From: a virus | IMG/VR virus record: IMGVR_UViG_3300021376_000028 | Location: 1-64,000 of that record | Length of the DNA: 64,000 bases | Strand: one strand, 5' to 3' | Part shown: piece by piece, positions 9,825 through 19,498 of the stretch | Position numbering within the stretch: position 1 is the stretch's first letter | How the letters are laid out: each line of letters opens with the position of its first letter | The notes under the pieces: generated by a model | The model's input: only the letters and a program-made list of their open reading frames with translations | What the model was told of the DNA's origin: nothing | Database searches by the model: none | Position numbers and translations under genes: made by a program

Positions 9825-10835
9825 CTATTTTTTTTTATCAAATTCCGCTAACCGCGCAAGAATTTTATCAGCGGTCGCGGACCAAGAGTGTTCTTGATGA
9901 ATAATTTTTGCAGAGTGTATAGCCGATTTTTTAAACAAATCGTAGTCACCAGCAACATCTTGCATGTGGATAACTAATTCATCAAAATTTGGTACAGCCC
10001 ATAAACCTGTATCTGTTGAATATTGATGATTATTATATGTAGCTTCACCATACTCAGCCTCTAAAGGAATACCATAGTGTGCAAAATCTGCACAACCAGT
10101 TAGATTTGTGACTATTGTAGGCATTCCTGTTGCCATTGCTTCAAAAGGAATCATCCCAAAACCTTCTCCGCTTGTTGGATAAACCAAGCAATGACATTTA
10201 TGATATAAACGAACAAGGTCTTCTGCAGAAAAAATTTCTGGAATACCAATAATTTGAGGATGCTCAGTGGCTTGTACCAACTTACCATCTAGGTAAATTT
10301 CAGCATAACAAAAATTGTTATATTTCAATATAAGTTGATAATCTTCATTTCCATCAAAAAGTTCTAGAAAAGCATCAACAACAAGTTGAGCATTCTTTCT
10401 TTTTGAGTCTCCCCCTACATGAAGGAAGTTAAACTTATTAAGGAGTTCTCTTTCTACAATTGCAAAATCTTCTGAAACACCGTGTGGTATAACATGTATG
10501 TTATCTCTTACACCATTTTGGATATAAATATCTTTAACAAAACTAGAGGTTGTCCAGATCTCATTACAAACATTCATGTTATATAACCAGCCTGGAGGAA
10601 TCTTTGTAGATTCCCAAGGAGTATAGCCAACATTGTAGGCATTTGTTAATTGATAATAATACGGTTGACAAAAGTTAATATGAAATGGAATATCTGGATT
10701 ATTAAAATATACTGCTGTTTGTTTTTCTTGTAGCGAAACAATCGTATTTAACGCAGCATTTGCATAACCCTGACTTGCCCATAGAGCACCGCTGATGTCT
10801 GTATTTTGGAGGCTAAACCAACTTATTTTTTTCAT
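9825..10835 (-). CDS. Glycosyltransferase, GT-B/GT4-like
   Basis: YTPWE, RKN, PTSGEGFGMIPFEAMATGMPTIVT. Confidence 0.88.
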   Translation of the reverse strand: MKKISWFSLQNTDISGALWASQGYANAALNTIVSLQEKQTAVYFNNPDIPFHINFCQPYYYQLTNAYNVGYTPWESTKIPPGWLYNMNVCNEIWTTSSFVKDIYIQNGVRDNIHVIPHGVSEDFAIVERELLNKFNFLHVGGDSKRKNAQLVVDAFLELFDGNEDYQLILKYNNFCYAEIYLDGKLVQATEHPQIIGIPEIFSAEDLVRLYHKCHCLVYPTSGEGFGMIPFEAMATGMPTIVTNLTGCADFAHYGIPLEAEYGEATYNNHQYSTDTGLWAVPNFDELVIHMQDVAGDYDLFKKSAIHSAKIIHQEHSWSATADKILARLAEFDKKK

Positions 10836-10838
10836 GAA

Positions 10839-11093
10839 CTATTCTGATTTTTTCTTAGAGGGCCTATTTTGTTTTGGTTGGATCTCTTCATTCCAGCTTA
10901 GACATCTTACACCATTTTCTACTAAATGTTCAGCACAGTCTTGTGAAATTTCACAAGTCAACGGTTTTCCAGTAAAAGCACAGTATGTTGCAGCAAGGTA
11001 AAAATCAGAACATTGAATTACATCAATTGTTTCAGGGTCAATAATTGCAAAGGGTCCGCAATCTTCACTGTCCACAATTGCAATTACTTTCAT
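10839..11093 (-). CDS. Hypothetical protein, probably leaderless
   Basis: TATAAT 6 nt upstream of ATG. Confidence 0.65.
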   Translation of the reverse strand: MKVIAIVDSEDCGPFAIIDPETIDVIQCSDFYLAATYCAFTGKPLTCEISQDCAEHLVENGVRCLSWNEEIQPKQNRPSKKKSE

Positions 11094-11264
11094 ATACTTA
11101 TTATACTTAATAAACTATTATAAGCATACAAGAATATACAAGTGTACTTGGCATGCTTTGCATGCGAAAGCATAGTGTTTTAGAAATCACCTGTCAAGCC
11201 GGAATTGCGTTTTTTTTATTTTTTTTCCAAAGCGTTTTTTGCGGAGATGCTGTATGATCTCCGC

Positions 11265-11969
11265 ATGGCCAGTATACCCGACCCAAGTTATTATGAAATT
11301 TTAGATTTTGGTTATGTTGAGTTAATTGACTTTTTTGGTTCTGACTTAGATGTTGTTAATTCAGCCAAAGTGTCATTCGCCTCACAAAAACAAGAAATAG
11401 ACGAGTCTTGCGTTGGTCTTATTAATTATCTTGTTAAGAACAGACATGCAACTCCCTTTGAGCATTGTGTTTTTAAATTCAGAATTAAAGCCCCAATCTT
11501 TGTTACTAGAGAGTGGATGAGACACCGCTGGTCCTCATTTAACGAAATGAGTATGAGATATCATAAACCAAATAAGATTGACTATTATGTACCAGCGTAT
11601 AGCGATATAAGACAGCAAGTTGGCAAACCCGGTGCTTATGTATTTCAAGAAATAGAAGATCCTTTAAAAAAAGAAATATACTATAAAAACATACAAGAGG
11701 TTTACCGAGTGGCTGACACTATATATAATTATCTGATTGAAATTGGTATTGCAAAAGAAATTGCAAGGATAGTTCTTCCTGTTGCTCAGTACACAGAATT
11801 TATTTGGACAGTTAATGCTCGTTCATTAATTAATTTTATTTCATTAAGAAATGAACAAAATGCCCAATATGAAATACAGCAATATGCAATTGCAATTGAA
11901 GAGTTGTTTAAAAAAACAATGCCAATTTCTCATGAAGCGTTTGAAACATCTGGTAGACTTCCAATATGA
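11265..11969 (+). CDS. thyX: FAD-dependent thymidylate synthase
   Basis: HATPFEH, REWMRHRWSSFNEMSMRY (RHRxxSxxxxSxRY), EIARIVLP; start ATG11265, 6 nt after TATGAT. Confidence 0.93.
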   Translation: MASIPDPSYYEILDFGYVELIDFFGSDLDVVNSAKVSFASQKQEIDESCVGLINYLVKNRHATPFEHCVFKFRIKAPIFVTREWMRHRWSSFNEMSMRYHKPNKIDYYVPAYSDIRQQVGKPGAYVFQEIEDPLKKEIYYKNIQEVYRVADTIYNYLIEIGIAKEIARIVLPVAQYTEFIWTVNARSLINFISLRNEQNAQYEIQQYAIAIEELFKKTMPISHEAFETSGRLPI

Positions 11970-12136
11970 TTGCATTAGCATTTTATTTACTGTGGATGTT
12001 CGCCAATGCAGCTTTAATCAATATAGCTGTTAAAACAGGCTGGAACCACGATCCCGGCTTTGTCGGTCCATTTCTGATTGTTTTGGTTGCAAATTTAACT
12101 TTAATTCTTTTAAATGCAACAAAAAAAGCTCAGTAA
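11966..12136 (+). CDS. Small membrane protein (56 aa, not in ORF track)
   Basis: ATGA overlap with the thyX stop; MIALAFYLLWMFANAALINIAV..FVGPFLIVLVANLTLILL has two hydrophobic segments. Confidence 0.55.
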   Translation: MIALAFYLLWMFANAALINIAVKTGWNHDPGFVGPFLIVLVANLTLILLNATKKAQ

Positions 12137-12521
12137 AGAACTTTTTAATAATAAAAAAGTTCTTGCATTGTCTGATACTGGATTCCCCTATTCCTATATT
12201 AGAGAATTTTGTAATTTAATTGAAAATGCTGTTGTTGATGTTTATGTTTCACCGGCCACAACATCTAGATTTTTAAAATTATACATTTCATCTACTGGAA
12301 ACCGCAGGTGCCGTATTCTAAAAGATAAAAATTATAGTCTATTTGATAAAATTAAAAAAGATGATTATATTTTTATTGTTTTCTTTGGTAAAAAGAAAGA
12401 TAAAGAAACAAAAGGACTGACAATTCTTTGTCAGAACTTGGTAATTCTGGGGTATGATTTAATTACCGTTACCGAGGAGGGTGTTGATTATGACGACAAT
12501 AGTTCCATTTTCAGGTTATGA
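12114..12521 (+). CDS. Hypothetical protein
   Basis: ORF track; operon context. Confidence 0.55.
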   Translation: MQQKKLSKELFNNKKVLALSDTGFPYSYIREFCNLIENAVVDVYVSPATTSRFLKLYISSTGNRRCRILKDKNYSLFDKIKKDDYIFIVFFGKKKDKETKGLTILCQNLVILGYDLITVTEEGVDYDDNSSIFRL

Positions 12522-12729
12522 AGATGTCGATGAATATGAGTCTTTAGAAATAACAATAAAGACAGTGCCTTTCCAAGATATAAGAATCCCAATTTTTTAT
12601 ATCTCTAGCCCATCAGAAGATTACGAGATGACGCTTGAGGAACTTAATGCTCTCATGGACGGTGTTGAAATTGCACAAAAAAATATAAGTGATATAATTA
12701 ATTTTCTAATTAGGCCAAGAGATGAATAA
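12490..12729 (+). CDS. Hypothetical protein
   Basis: GAGGAGG upstream; ATG12490. Confidence 0.6.
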   Translation: MTTIVPFSGYEDVDEYESLEITIKTVPFQDIRIPIFYISSPSEDYEMTLEELNALMDGVEIAQKNISDIINFLIRPRDE

Positions 12730-13060
12730 TAATTACATATCCTCATTAACAAACCCATATGATGTTCAAGAGGTAATTGTTGGGAAAGTGCAAGAAAACT
12801 TCCCATATCCAGATAGAACATGTCCATACTGTAACAGTCTTTTAAAAGTTGTAAACGCAATTCATTGGCAAAAAGATATTTATCAATATAAAGCTTTATA
12901 TTTAGATCCGAACCCGGAGTGCCCAGTATACGACGAAGGGGCTAGAAAAGCCTATGCCAGGATTGTCTATTCCTCTGAAGACGCTTTTAATTACTTTAAA
13001 GATATTGGAATTCCAGTTCAAAGATGGGGTCGGCAAGATTTATACAGCTATTACAAATAA
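12722..13060 (+). CDS. Hypothetical protein (CPYC motif)
   Basis: ORF track; overlaps previous stop. Confidence 0.6.
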   Translation: MNNNYISSLTNPYDVQEVIVGKVQENFPYPDRTCPYCNSLLKVVNAIHWQKDIYQYKALYLDPNPECPVYDEGARKAYARIVYSSEDAFNYFKDIGIPVQRWGRQDLYSYYK

Positions 13061-13082
13061 AAAGTGGTAGAATGTAAACACT

Positions 13083-13628
13083 ATGCCTGTTAATTCTTGT
13101 TCTGAAAACGGTAGGCCCGGTTTCAAATGGGGCAATGCTGGCAAGTGTTATCTATATACGGCAAACGATGAAAACTCCAAGCGCGAAGCCAGAAAAAAAG
13201 CTTTGGCTCAAGGTTTGGCAATTGGAGACATTGGTAAAGGAGTTACAATGAAAACCAATTTGGACAAAATGATTCAAGATCATGACGCAATGAAGGCTTG
13301 GCACGAAGAAATGGCTAAGTTTTCAGCAGAAAAAATGCAGGACCACATTAAGGCCGCCAACTGGCACGCCTCGCAGGGTGAATTAATTAAAGGAATAATG
13401 AACGAGGTTCCTCTTGATCCCGAGAAGAAGGTTGTTTCTATCCCCACCCCAGGCGGAGCCCCAACCCCAACATCTGGTGCAGGCAAGACAGCGCCCACCA
13501 ATGATCTACCCCTTGACCCAGAGGTGAAGAAGGCAGACCTTGTTTCTCTTCTTAAGACATATGAAGAGCAATTTGGAAAATTTGATGTTGATGTTGAGTC
13601 AATTGCAAGTTTTTTAATTAACGATTGA
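13083..13628 (+). CDS. Hypothetical two-module protein
   Basis: N-terminal GRPGFKWGNAGKCY module; internal repeat NEVPLDPEKK/NDLPLDPEVKK; TAGAAT 9 nt upstream. Confidence 0.65.
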   Translation: MPVNSCSENGRPGFKWGNAGKCYLYTANDENSKREARKKALAQGLAIGDIGKGVTMKTNLDKMIQDHDAMKAWHEEMAKFSAEKMQDHIKAANWHASQGELIKGIMNEVPLDPEKKVVSIPTPGGAPTPTSGAGKTAPTNDLPLDPEVKKADLVSLLKTYEEQFGKFDVDVESIASFLIND

Positions 13629-13629
13629 A

Positions 13630-13821
13630 ATGACAGAACTTTTATGGGCAACTCTTATTACTGGAGTATTTTCAGTTTTAGTTGCCTTAATTCAAAAGTC
13701 TAGAAAAGAAAATAAAGAAGATCATAATTTAGTTTATACTTCAATTAATGAACTTAAAGATGATATGAAAAATGTTGAAGTTAAATTAGATAATCATATT
13801 GATTGGCATTTGAAAAAATAA
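13630..13821 (+). CDS. Small membrane protein (holin/hemolysin-like)
   Basis: One N-terminal TM helix plus coiled coil ending HIDWH. Confidence 0.55.
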   Translation: MTELLWATLITGVFSVLVALIQKSRKENKEDHNLVYTSINELKDDMKNVEVKLDNHIDWHLKK

Positions 13822-13827
13822 TTTCTG

Positions 13828-13891
13828 TGGGGCACCCCGTCAGTAATATTTCGTAAGATTATTATTGAAACGGAGGTGCCCCATTTTTTTT
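13828..13891 (+). terminator. Long-stem terminator
   Basis: TGGGGCACC..CAGTAAT..ATTATTG..GGTGCCCCA followed by a T9 run. Confidence 0.7.
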
Positions 13892-13957
13892 AAAAAATTG
13901 CAACACGACGCGCCATCTAGTGATAAACTGTGAACCGCCTGAGTAGAAAGGATTTAT

Positions 13958-14374
13958 ATGATTACTGAACAGGTTGTAGCAAAATTAGAAAAGAAAATCC
14001 CGAGCGATTGTCAAGGGGAGGAACGGAGAGCGGCCTACTGTGTGATTATAGGATGTCGTGACGGTAAGACCTTAAATGAAATTTCTCGGTATTATAGTAT
14101 TGACATGGATCTTGTTAACTACTGGCTTGATTTCTTAGATATAAGAAATATCAACCCTGTTGTTAAGACAAAGAGAAGCCCTAAGGCTCAAAAGATTCAG
14201 GGGTATCTTTCGGCAAATGTTGGAAAGATTATTACGCCAAAAGAATTGGCTGATGAAATTGGAATGTCTTTACCAACATTTTATAATTTCTATAATGCGA
14301 ACAGATCTTATTTCAAGAAAGTCAAGAGAGGCGAATTCCAGATTCTTGATCCCAAAGAGGAAAGAAATAAGTAA
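13958..14374 (+). CDS. Helix-turn-helix DNA-binding protein
   Basis: TPKELADEIGMSLPTFYNF HTH; second HTH-like segment TLNEISRYYSIDMDLVNYWL; SD GAAAGGA. Confidence 0.7.
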   Translation: MITEQVVAKLEKKIPSDCQGEERRAAYCVIIGCRDGKTLNEISRYYSIDMDLVNYWLDFLDIRNINPVVKTKRSPKAQKIQGYLSANVGKIITPKELADEIGMSLPTFYNFYNANRSYFKKVKRGEFQILDPKEERNK

Positions 14375-14382
14375 GTTAAACA

Positions 14383-14994
14383 ATGACCACTATTGTTGCC
14401 GTTCAAGGACCAGATTATTGTGTAGTTGGTACTGACTCTAGGATTTCATCCTTTGATGAATCTGGGTTGGCTTATCAAATAACCACTTTAGGTACAGGGT
14501 CTTGTAAAATTGCACAAAAGGGTCGTTATTTGCTGGGCGCGGCGGGTGATGTTCGTGCAATAAACATACTGCACCATGCATTCACCCCGCCGATCCCGGC
14601 GTTTAGGGGCAGCGGAGAACTGCTGGATCAATTTATAACAACGAAGTTTATACCCAACTTGCAAGTTTGTTTTGAAAACACAGGATACGCAATGCCAGAC
14701 CTTGCTGAAGAGAAGACTCACATGACTGAGCAAGCTTCTACAATCTTGGTTGCTATAAATGGTGCGGTTTATATTATTGAAGGCGATTATTCTTGGACTT
14801 CAGATAGAACTGGAATTTATGCAATAGGTACTGGTTCATCATATGCGCTGGGAGCAATGCAAGCACTTAGCGGAGGAAAGGTTTTAACTGTTCAAAAAGC
14901 CAAACTGATTGCTCAAAAGTCTTTATCAATTACATCCAGATTTGATCCATACACAGGATCGCCGTTTCAGATGTTTGTTCAGGAGCAGTTTTGA
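14383..14994 (+). CDS. HslV/proteasome-beta-like Ntn threonine protease
   Basis: N-terminal MTTIVAV, GTDSR, AIGTGSSYALGA, DPYTG. Confidence 0.85.
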   Translation: MTTIVAVQGPDYCVVGTDSRISSFDESGLAYQITTLGTGSCKIAQKGRYLLGAAGDVRAINILHHAFTPPIPAFRGSGELLDQFITTKFIPNLQVCFENTGYAMPDLAEEKTHMTEQASTILVAINGAVYIIEGDYSWTSDRTGIYAIGTGSSYALGAMQALSGGKVLTVQKAKLIAQKSLSITSRFDPYTGSPFQMFVQEQF

Positions 14995-15220
14995 TAAAAA
15001 AATATTTTAAAAAAATACATAATTTTTATTATAAATGTTTAGTGGCTATTGTTTATTACACAACAACTAGCGAAAGTAAAGACAAAGAGGTATAGTGAAT
15101 CTGACACCCAATGTGTCATGGTGCGCTTCGTGCCGTTATACCTGGGATCGTTATAGTACAGCCAAAAGCCCCAGAACCGTCACTGCAAATGCAAACGACT
15201 GGGGCTTAGGTTGTTTACTC

Positions 15221-15296
15221 GCCGGATTAGCTCAGTTGGCAGAGCAACGCACTTGTAATGCGTAGGTCGCAGGTTCAACTCCTGCATCCGGCTCCA
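15221..15296 (+). tRNA. tRNA-Thr(UGU)
   Basis: Cloverleaf; anticodon arm ACGCA-ctTGTaa-TGCGT; GGTTCAA T-loop; encoded CCA. Confidence 0.95.
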
Positions 15297-15305
15297 CAGA
15301 TTTAT

Positions 15306-15539
15306 ATGACAGAATTACAATGGTCTTGGCTGCTTGCATGCATGGGTGTTTCTGGTATGTACTTTGTTGGCAAAAAACGATGGGAAGCATTTCTATGGTT
15401 AATTGTTATGGAATGTCTATGGATCATCTTTGCTTTACAAACGAAAACATATGGTTTTATCTTGGGATCATTGGCCTACATGGCTGTATATTCAAAAAAT
15501 TTAAGATTATGGAAACAAGATAAAAACAATCAGAAATAG
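15306..15539 (+). CDS. Small membrane protein (PnuC-like fragment)
   Basis: Three hydrophobic segments; WSWLL..G..G..KRW pattern; ATG right after the tRNA. Confidence 0.55.
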   Translation: MTELQWSWLLACMGVSGMYFVGKKRWEAFLWLIVMECLWIIFALQTKTYGFILGSLAYMAVYSKNLRLWKQDKNNQK

Positions 15540-15584
15540 ACTAATAGGTAGTTCCACAGACTGTTAATATGTGTTTGAACATAA

Positions 15585-15656
15585 CCGAGCGTAACTCAGT
15601 GGTAGAGTATCTCCTTTACACGGAGGCGGTCGTAGGTTCAAATCCTACCGTTCGGA
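15585..15656 (+). tRNA. tRNA-Val(UAC)
   Basis: CCGAGCG/CGTTCGG acceptor; TCTCC-ttTACac-GGAGG; GGTTCAAATCC. Confidence 0.92.
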
Positions 15657-15660
15657 CAAT

Positions 15661-15948
15661 ATGAAAAAATTATTTAATAATATCGTTAGTGCAATTAAAA
15701 CGATGATTTCATCAAACTACTGGACGGCGGCAAATAAGGTGGAGGCCTGGGGCTTTGCAACTAAAATAACGATCATCTTTCCAGGCCTTTTGTTTGGCAA
15801 GCAGTTTTGGTGGCTATATATCTTTGCAATAATTTCAAGTTTGGCTTTGATATGGTCCTCTACAGTAAAGACACTGCCTACGATTATTCTTTTTAATGTT
15901 TTATGGGTGATGTTGGGAACTGCATCAATTATTAAACATTTTATTTAA
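15661..15948 (+). CDS. Membrane protein
   Basis: Three hydrophobic segments. Confidence 0.6.
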   Translation: MKKLFNNIVSAIKTMISSNYWTAANKVEAWGFATKITIIFPGLLFGKQFWWLYIFAIISSLALIWSSTVKTLPTIILFNVLWVMLGTASIIKHFI

Positions 15949-15966
15949 ATACAGAAAGACAATACT

Positions 15967-16212
15967 ATGAAAAAGAAAATAAGTTATCTTGGCTGGAAAG
16001 CAGCCCAGAAATTCTCAGCAGAATGTTATTTATATAAGGTTAAATATCAGATGTCAGAATCTCATAACAAGCTCTTAAGAGAGGAATATGATCGCCTTCT
16101 TAACTGTCGTTATAAATTGATAACCGCAGAAGAAAAAATTAAATCTATGGAATCCCAAATTGATTCTTTAAAAGCTGAAATTCAAAGATTGCAACAGGTT
16201 GCGCAATATTAA
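15967..16212 (+). CDS. Hypothetical coiled-coil protein
   Basis: ORF track. Confidence 0.55.
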   Translation: MKKKISYLGWKAAQKFSAECYLYKVKYQMSESHNKLLREEYDRLLNCRYKLITAEEKIKSMESQIDSLKAEIQRLQQVAQY

Positions 16213-16217
16213 AACAA

Positions 16218-16292
16218 TCGGGGATGGTGTAGTTGGCAACACATCAGGTTTTGGTCCTGAGATTGAGGGTTCAAGTCCTTCTCCCCGAACCA
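16218..16292 (+). tRNA. tRNA-Gln(UUG)
   Basis: TCGGGGA/TCCCCGA acceptor; TCAGG-ttTTGgt-CCTGA; encoded CCA. Confidence 0.93.
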
Positions 16293-16313
16293 ATCTTGAT
16301 ATAAAATATTGAT

Positions 16314-16955
16314 ATGCCAGAATTAAATGCAAATATTCCGCCGATTGAATGTTATGTTCGGGGAAATTATTTAAGAAACCAAAAGGACTCTCATGACATA
16401 TATTTGCCATGCATGCTCTTCGGTGTCGCCTCCATCCAGGGCAGGAGCCCCTTATTTCATTTTCTAATGGAAGACGGGGGTGTTTGGTGGAGAATGCCAA
16501 TAAGTGCCTTCTGTGACCAGCCAGAAGTACCAGAGGTGGACATCCATGAACTGGTCCTATGGAACTCTTTTAGCCCCCATATCACCGTGACTGAATTTCA
16601 GGCAATGCGGAATATGAGAATGGAATATGTCTCAAGAAGTGGAAACTTTATAAAAGGAAAATATCTATTTACCCTGGATTGGCATGCTCCTGACGACAAC
16701 ACAACAAATCTCGGGTTTAGCACTAATCCCGGTCAGCATAAATGTGGTCATGTAATCATAAGGGATGATGGTAATTTTGCCATCCAGCCAAACAATCGGG
16801 TTCGGCTATATGATCCTTCATATACAACCAAGAAAACCAATTTAATTCATCGCCTTATTAATACTCAGCAATGGGATGTTGAAGATGCGGCCAAATGGGT
16901 AACATCAGATGATGACAGCTACCATTACGGCATTGTCACCGGAAATGAAGAATAA
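16314..16955 (+). CDS. Conserved phage protein of unknown function
   Basis: LNANIPPIECYVR..W.MPISAF..WNSFS..G.YLFTLDW..HKC.H..GNFAIQPNNR pattern; TAAAAT 6 nt before ATG. Confidence 0.7.
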   Translation: MPELNANIPPIECYVRGNYLRNQKDSHDIYLPCMLFGVASIQGRSPLFHFLMEDGGVWWRMPISAFCDQPEVPEVDIHELVLWNSFSPHITVTEFQAMRNMRMEYVSRSGNFIKGKYLFTLDWHAPDDNTTNLGFSTNPGQHKCGHVIIRDDGNFAIQPNNRVRLYDPSYTTKKTNLIHRLINTQQWDVEDAAKWVTSDDDSYHYGIVTGNEE

Positions 16956-17107
16956 GTTCGGTTAAAAGATAGTTCATAAATATATAAAACCACAACATAC
17001 ATTATTTTGTTTCAATGTCCGGTCGTGTTTATTTTCACATGCTATTATAATCCCGTTGCGAACGAAGACCAGCCGTGGCGCGGAAATGATACTATCCCCC
17101 AAAGCGC

Positions 17108-17518
17108 ATGAAGAGGAGATTAAAAATGCAATTATCATTGAAAACAATTAAATACATTTTTCCCCGAAGGGTTTACCATTACCTTTTAAAAAGAAGGATG
17201 TATTCAATTCTTTATAAGAATGGAGATTCTTCCATTGCTTTCTCTAATAAGATAAATATGTATAAGAATTATCTAGAAGAAGATAAGAAAGCCCCGCAGA
17301 AATATGAAGATATTGGTCTGCATTTTCTATCCCCGATTCCAAGACACGACCTTTCAAACTTTAATAAGTTGACGACGAGAGAAGACTTGAACAAATACGG
17401 CCATTCTCATACAAACTCAAAAATGCAAGGTTTGCCCGTCTATACAAAAATCTTTGGCAATCTTATGAAAAATCCTCCCCGCAAAAATGATCCAAAAGAC
17501 CCGCCCTCCATGGCGTGA
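17108..17518 (+). CDS. Hypothetical protein
   Basis: ORF track; GAGGAG suggests the start may be the second Met. Confidence 0.55.
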   Translation: MKRRLKMQLSLKTIKYIFPRRVYHYLLKRRMYSILYKNGDSSIAFSNKINMYKNYLEEDKKAPQKYEDIGLHFLSPIPRHDLSNFNKLTTREDLNKYGHSHTNSKMQGLPVYTKIFGNLMKNPPRKNDPKDPPSMA

Positions 17519-17638
17519 TGTGGTGTATGACATACACCAAAAAATTTTAATATTTTTGCAAAATTGAGTACATATCCGTGAAGTGTTACTTTATATATTA
17601 ATACTTACAACAAAGGGTCTGATTACCGAGTCAATCAG

Positions 17639-17738
17639 CTGGAGTGCATGTTTGTTTACAAACTTGTACTCCAGTCTGTTAGGGTGACCTAACATGGGAT
17701 TGAGTGCGTTTCTGTGCCCGTGTGCTATTGTAAGTGTG
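17639..17738 (+). promoter_or_regulatory. Cassette 1 module: inverted repeat + GTTAGG palindrome + extended -10 promoter
   Basis: CTGGAGTGCA..TGTACTCCAG; GTTAGG-gtga-CCTAAC; GAGTGCGTTT-14-TATTGT. Confidence 0.8.
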
Positions 17739-17777
17739 TCGGGGCAACCGCTCCGCACTACCGAAAGGACACACACG

Positions 17778-18137
17778 ATGGCTACGCCACGCCCATTCAA
17801 CGACGAGCAGCGAGAGCGGTTCGCAACACTATCAGCAGGCTTCATCGCCATCCTGCTGTGGACGCCCATTATCATGAGCCTCACCGCCACCGCGCAAGCG
17901 GGGGGCGATTTCTGGGACTTCTGGTGGGCTTTCATCCTGTCCGGTCTGTTCGGGATCGTCTTTGCCCTGTTCGGGTGGATGGCTTGCGACATCCGCATGG
18001 ACTACCGGCACGAGATGGCAGACCAGTACGAGAGAGATCGTGTCTGCTCCCAATGCCACAACGCATCGCTGGACCGAACATGGCGTCGCCAGCCCAAGAC
18101 CGGACTCCTGTTCAAGACAAAGATCAAGAACCGGTGA
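17778..18137 (+). CDS. Cassette 1 cargo: two-TM membrane protein with CxxC
   Basis: SD GAAAGGA; ATG17778 (MATPRPFNDEQ..); two hydrophobic helices; CSQC. Confidence 0.75.
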   Translation: MATPRPFNDEQRERFATLSAGFIAILLWTPIIMSLTATAQAGGDFWDFWWAFILSGLFGIVFALFGWMACDIRMDYRHEMADQYERDRVCSQCHNASLDRTWRRQPKTGLLFKTKIKNR

Positions 18138-18144
18138 CCAAATC

Positions 18145-18182
18145 TCCCCCCCTCGCCCGAACCCCCTCGGGCGAGGGGGGGA
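18145..18182 (+). terminator. GC hairpin ending cassette 1 (also at 18767, 19409, 19973, 20610, 21030, 21611)
   Basis: TCCCCCCCTCGCCCGA-accccc-TCGGGCGAGGGGGGGA right after the stop codon; no U-tract. Confidence 0.6.
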
Positions 18183-18243
18183 ACCCCCGCCGTTCTATTC
18201 AGACTGTCTAAGATATTGAATATGCAGTCTCTCTCTCCCCGTC

Positions 18244-18347
18244 GGTTGGTGTGCACGTTTGTTTACAAACTTAAGCGCCAATCTGTTAGGTATGCCTAAC
18301 GGGTCTCTTTGAGTGCGTTTCTGTGCCGGTGTGCTATTGTGAGTGTG
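18244..18347 (+). promoter_or_regulatory. Cassette 2 module
   Basis: Inverted repeat; GTTAGG-tatg-CCTAAC; GAGTGCGTTT; GTGCTATTGT. Confidence 0.8.
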
Positions 18348-18389
18348 TCGGGGAGAAACACAAGTACCCTCGGCAGGAAGGACAACACC

Positions 18390-18758
18390 ATGACCACGAA
18401 CCAGCCGACCGCCGATGCGGAGGCAATGGATGAGGGCGAGATCAAGCAAGCGTTCAGGGACGGGCGGGAAATCATCTCCGCACTCACGGACTGCATGACC
18501 AAGATCTGCTTCCACGATGGCGACCCGTACAACCAGCGCACCACGATGCTCTCCATTGCGGTGGGCAGGAACATCATCAACGAGATCCGCAGGACACACG
18601 AGATCCTCCACGATCTCGCAATGCTGATCGACGAGGACGACTACACTCTCTGGTCGCATGGCATCGCCGGGGAACTCCTCCGAGCCGGAAGGATCAGCCG
18701 AAAGGATTACTGGGACCTCTACTGCCAGGGTTGGCTCATCGACAACTGCAACTGCTGA
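18390..18758 (+). CDS. Cassette 2 cargo: hypothetical protein
   Basis: SD GGAAGGA; ATG18390 (MTTNQPTADAE..); GC-rich codons. Confidence 0.75.
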   Translation: MTTNQPTADAEAMDEGEIKQAFRDGREIISALTDCMTKICFHDGDPYNQRTTMLSIAVGRNIINEIRRTHEILHDLAMLIDEDDYTLWSHGIAGELLRAGRISRKDYWDLYCQGWLIDNCNC

Positions 18759-18866
18759 CAACAATCTCCCCCCCTCGCCCCCTCCCCCTCGGGCGAGGGG
18801 GGGAACCCCCACCGTTCTGACGGTGCTTCCTTATAGATTGAGTATACACAAGGATCACTTCACATC

Positions 18867-18970
18867 GGTTGGTGTGCAAGTTGGTTCACTGACTTAAACA
18901 CCAACCTTGTTAGGTATGCCTAACGGTCTCTTTGAGTGCGTTTCTATGGCGATGTGCTATTGTAAGAGTG
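18867..18970 (+). promoter_or_regulatory. Cassette 3 module
   Basis: GGTTGGTGT..ACACCAACC; GTTAGG-tatg-CCTAAC; TGTGCTATTGT. Confidence 0.8.
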
Positions 18971-19007
18971 TCGGGAGAACCCCAAGTACCTCGACGGAAA
19001 GGAAATC

Positions 19008-19403
19008 ATGGGCGTCGTCATTGAGCCGGACTACCAGCGTCAACGCAGGGACAAGGTGATCGTGCCTTGCGAGTGCGGTGCCTCCGTGGAGGTCAACTAC
19101 GAAGACTGGTATGCAGACCAGTCGGCATGGTGCCAGGCAGGACAGCACTACTTCTACATCAGCGAGGACGAGTGGTACATCAATCCGCATGGAGTGGAGT
19201 GGCATGAGGTCCACATCACGATGGGGCGCTGGGACTGGATTCACCGGGCAATGGGGCTCGGACCCGGCAGTTGGGTTGGGTTCATGCACCCCGACATCCT
19301 CGGCGCTCTCCTGCCCCGTGCCAGCAGCGACCCGTTCTACGATGCTCTGATGAGTGTCGTGGACACCGCCCAGACTCTGAACGTCATGGTCAAGTGGTCC
19401 TGA
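19008..19403 (+). CDS. Cassette 3 cargo: Trp-rich protein with CxC..CxxxxH (possible Zn ribbon)
   Basis: SD GAAAGGA; ORF track. Confidence 0.75.
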   Translation: MGVVIEPDYQRQRRDKVIVPCECGASVEVNYEDWYADQSAWCQAGQHYFYISEDEWYINPHGVEWHEVHITMGRWDWIHRAMGLGPGSWVGFMHPDILGALLPRASSDPFYDALMSVVDTAQTLNVMVKWS

Positions 19404-19498
19404 AAATCTCCCCCCGCCCGAACCCCCTCGGGCGGGGGGAACCCCCACCGATCTATACATACTGTCTGTGATATTTAATACGCAGTCTCTCTCTATCA

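Noticed and set aside
15258-15305. N-terminal extension of ORF 15258..15539
   Set aside because: It overlaps tRNA-Thr; ATG15306 is the plausible start.
17075-17125. Fluoride-riboswitch-like GGAAATGATACTATCC..AAAGCGC
   Set aside because: It lacks the 3' GCTGATG pseudoknot partner, and no related gene lies downstream.
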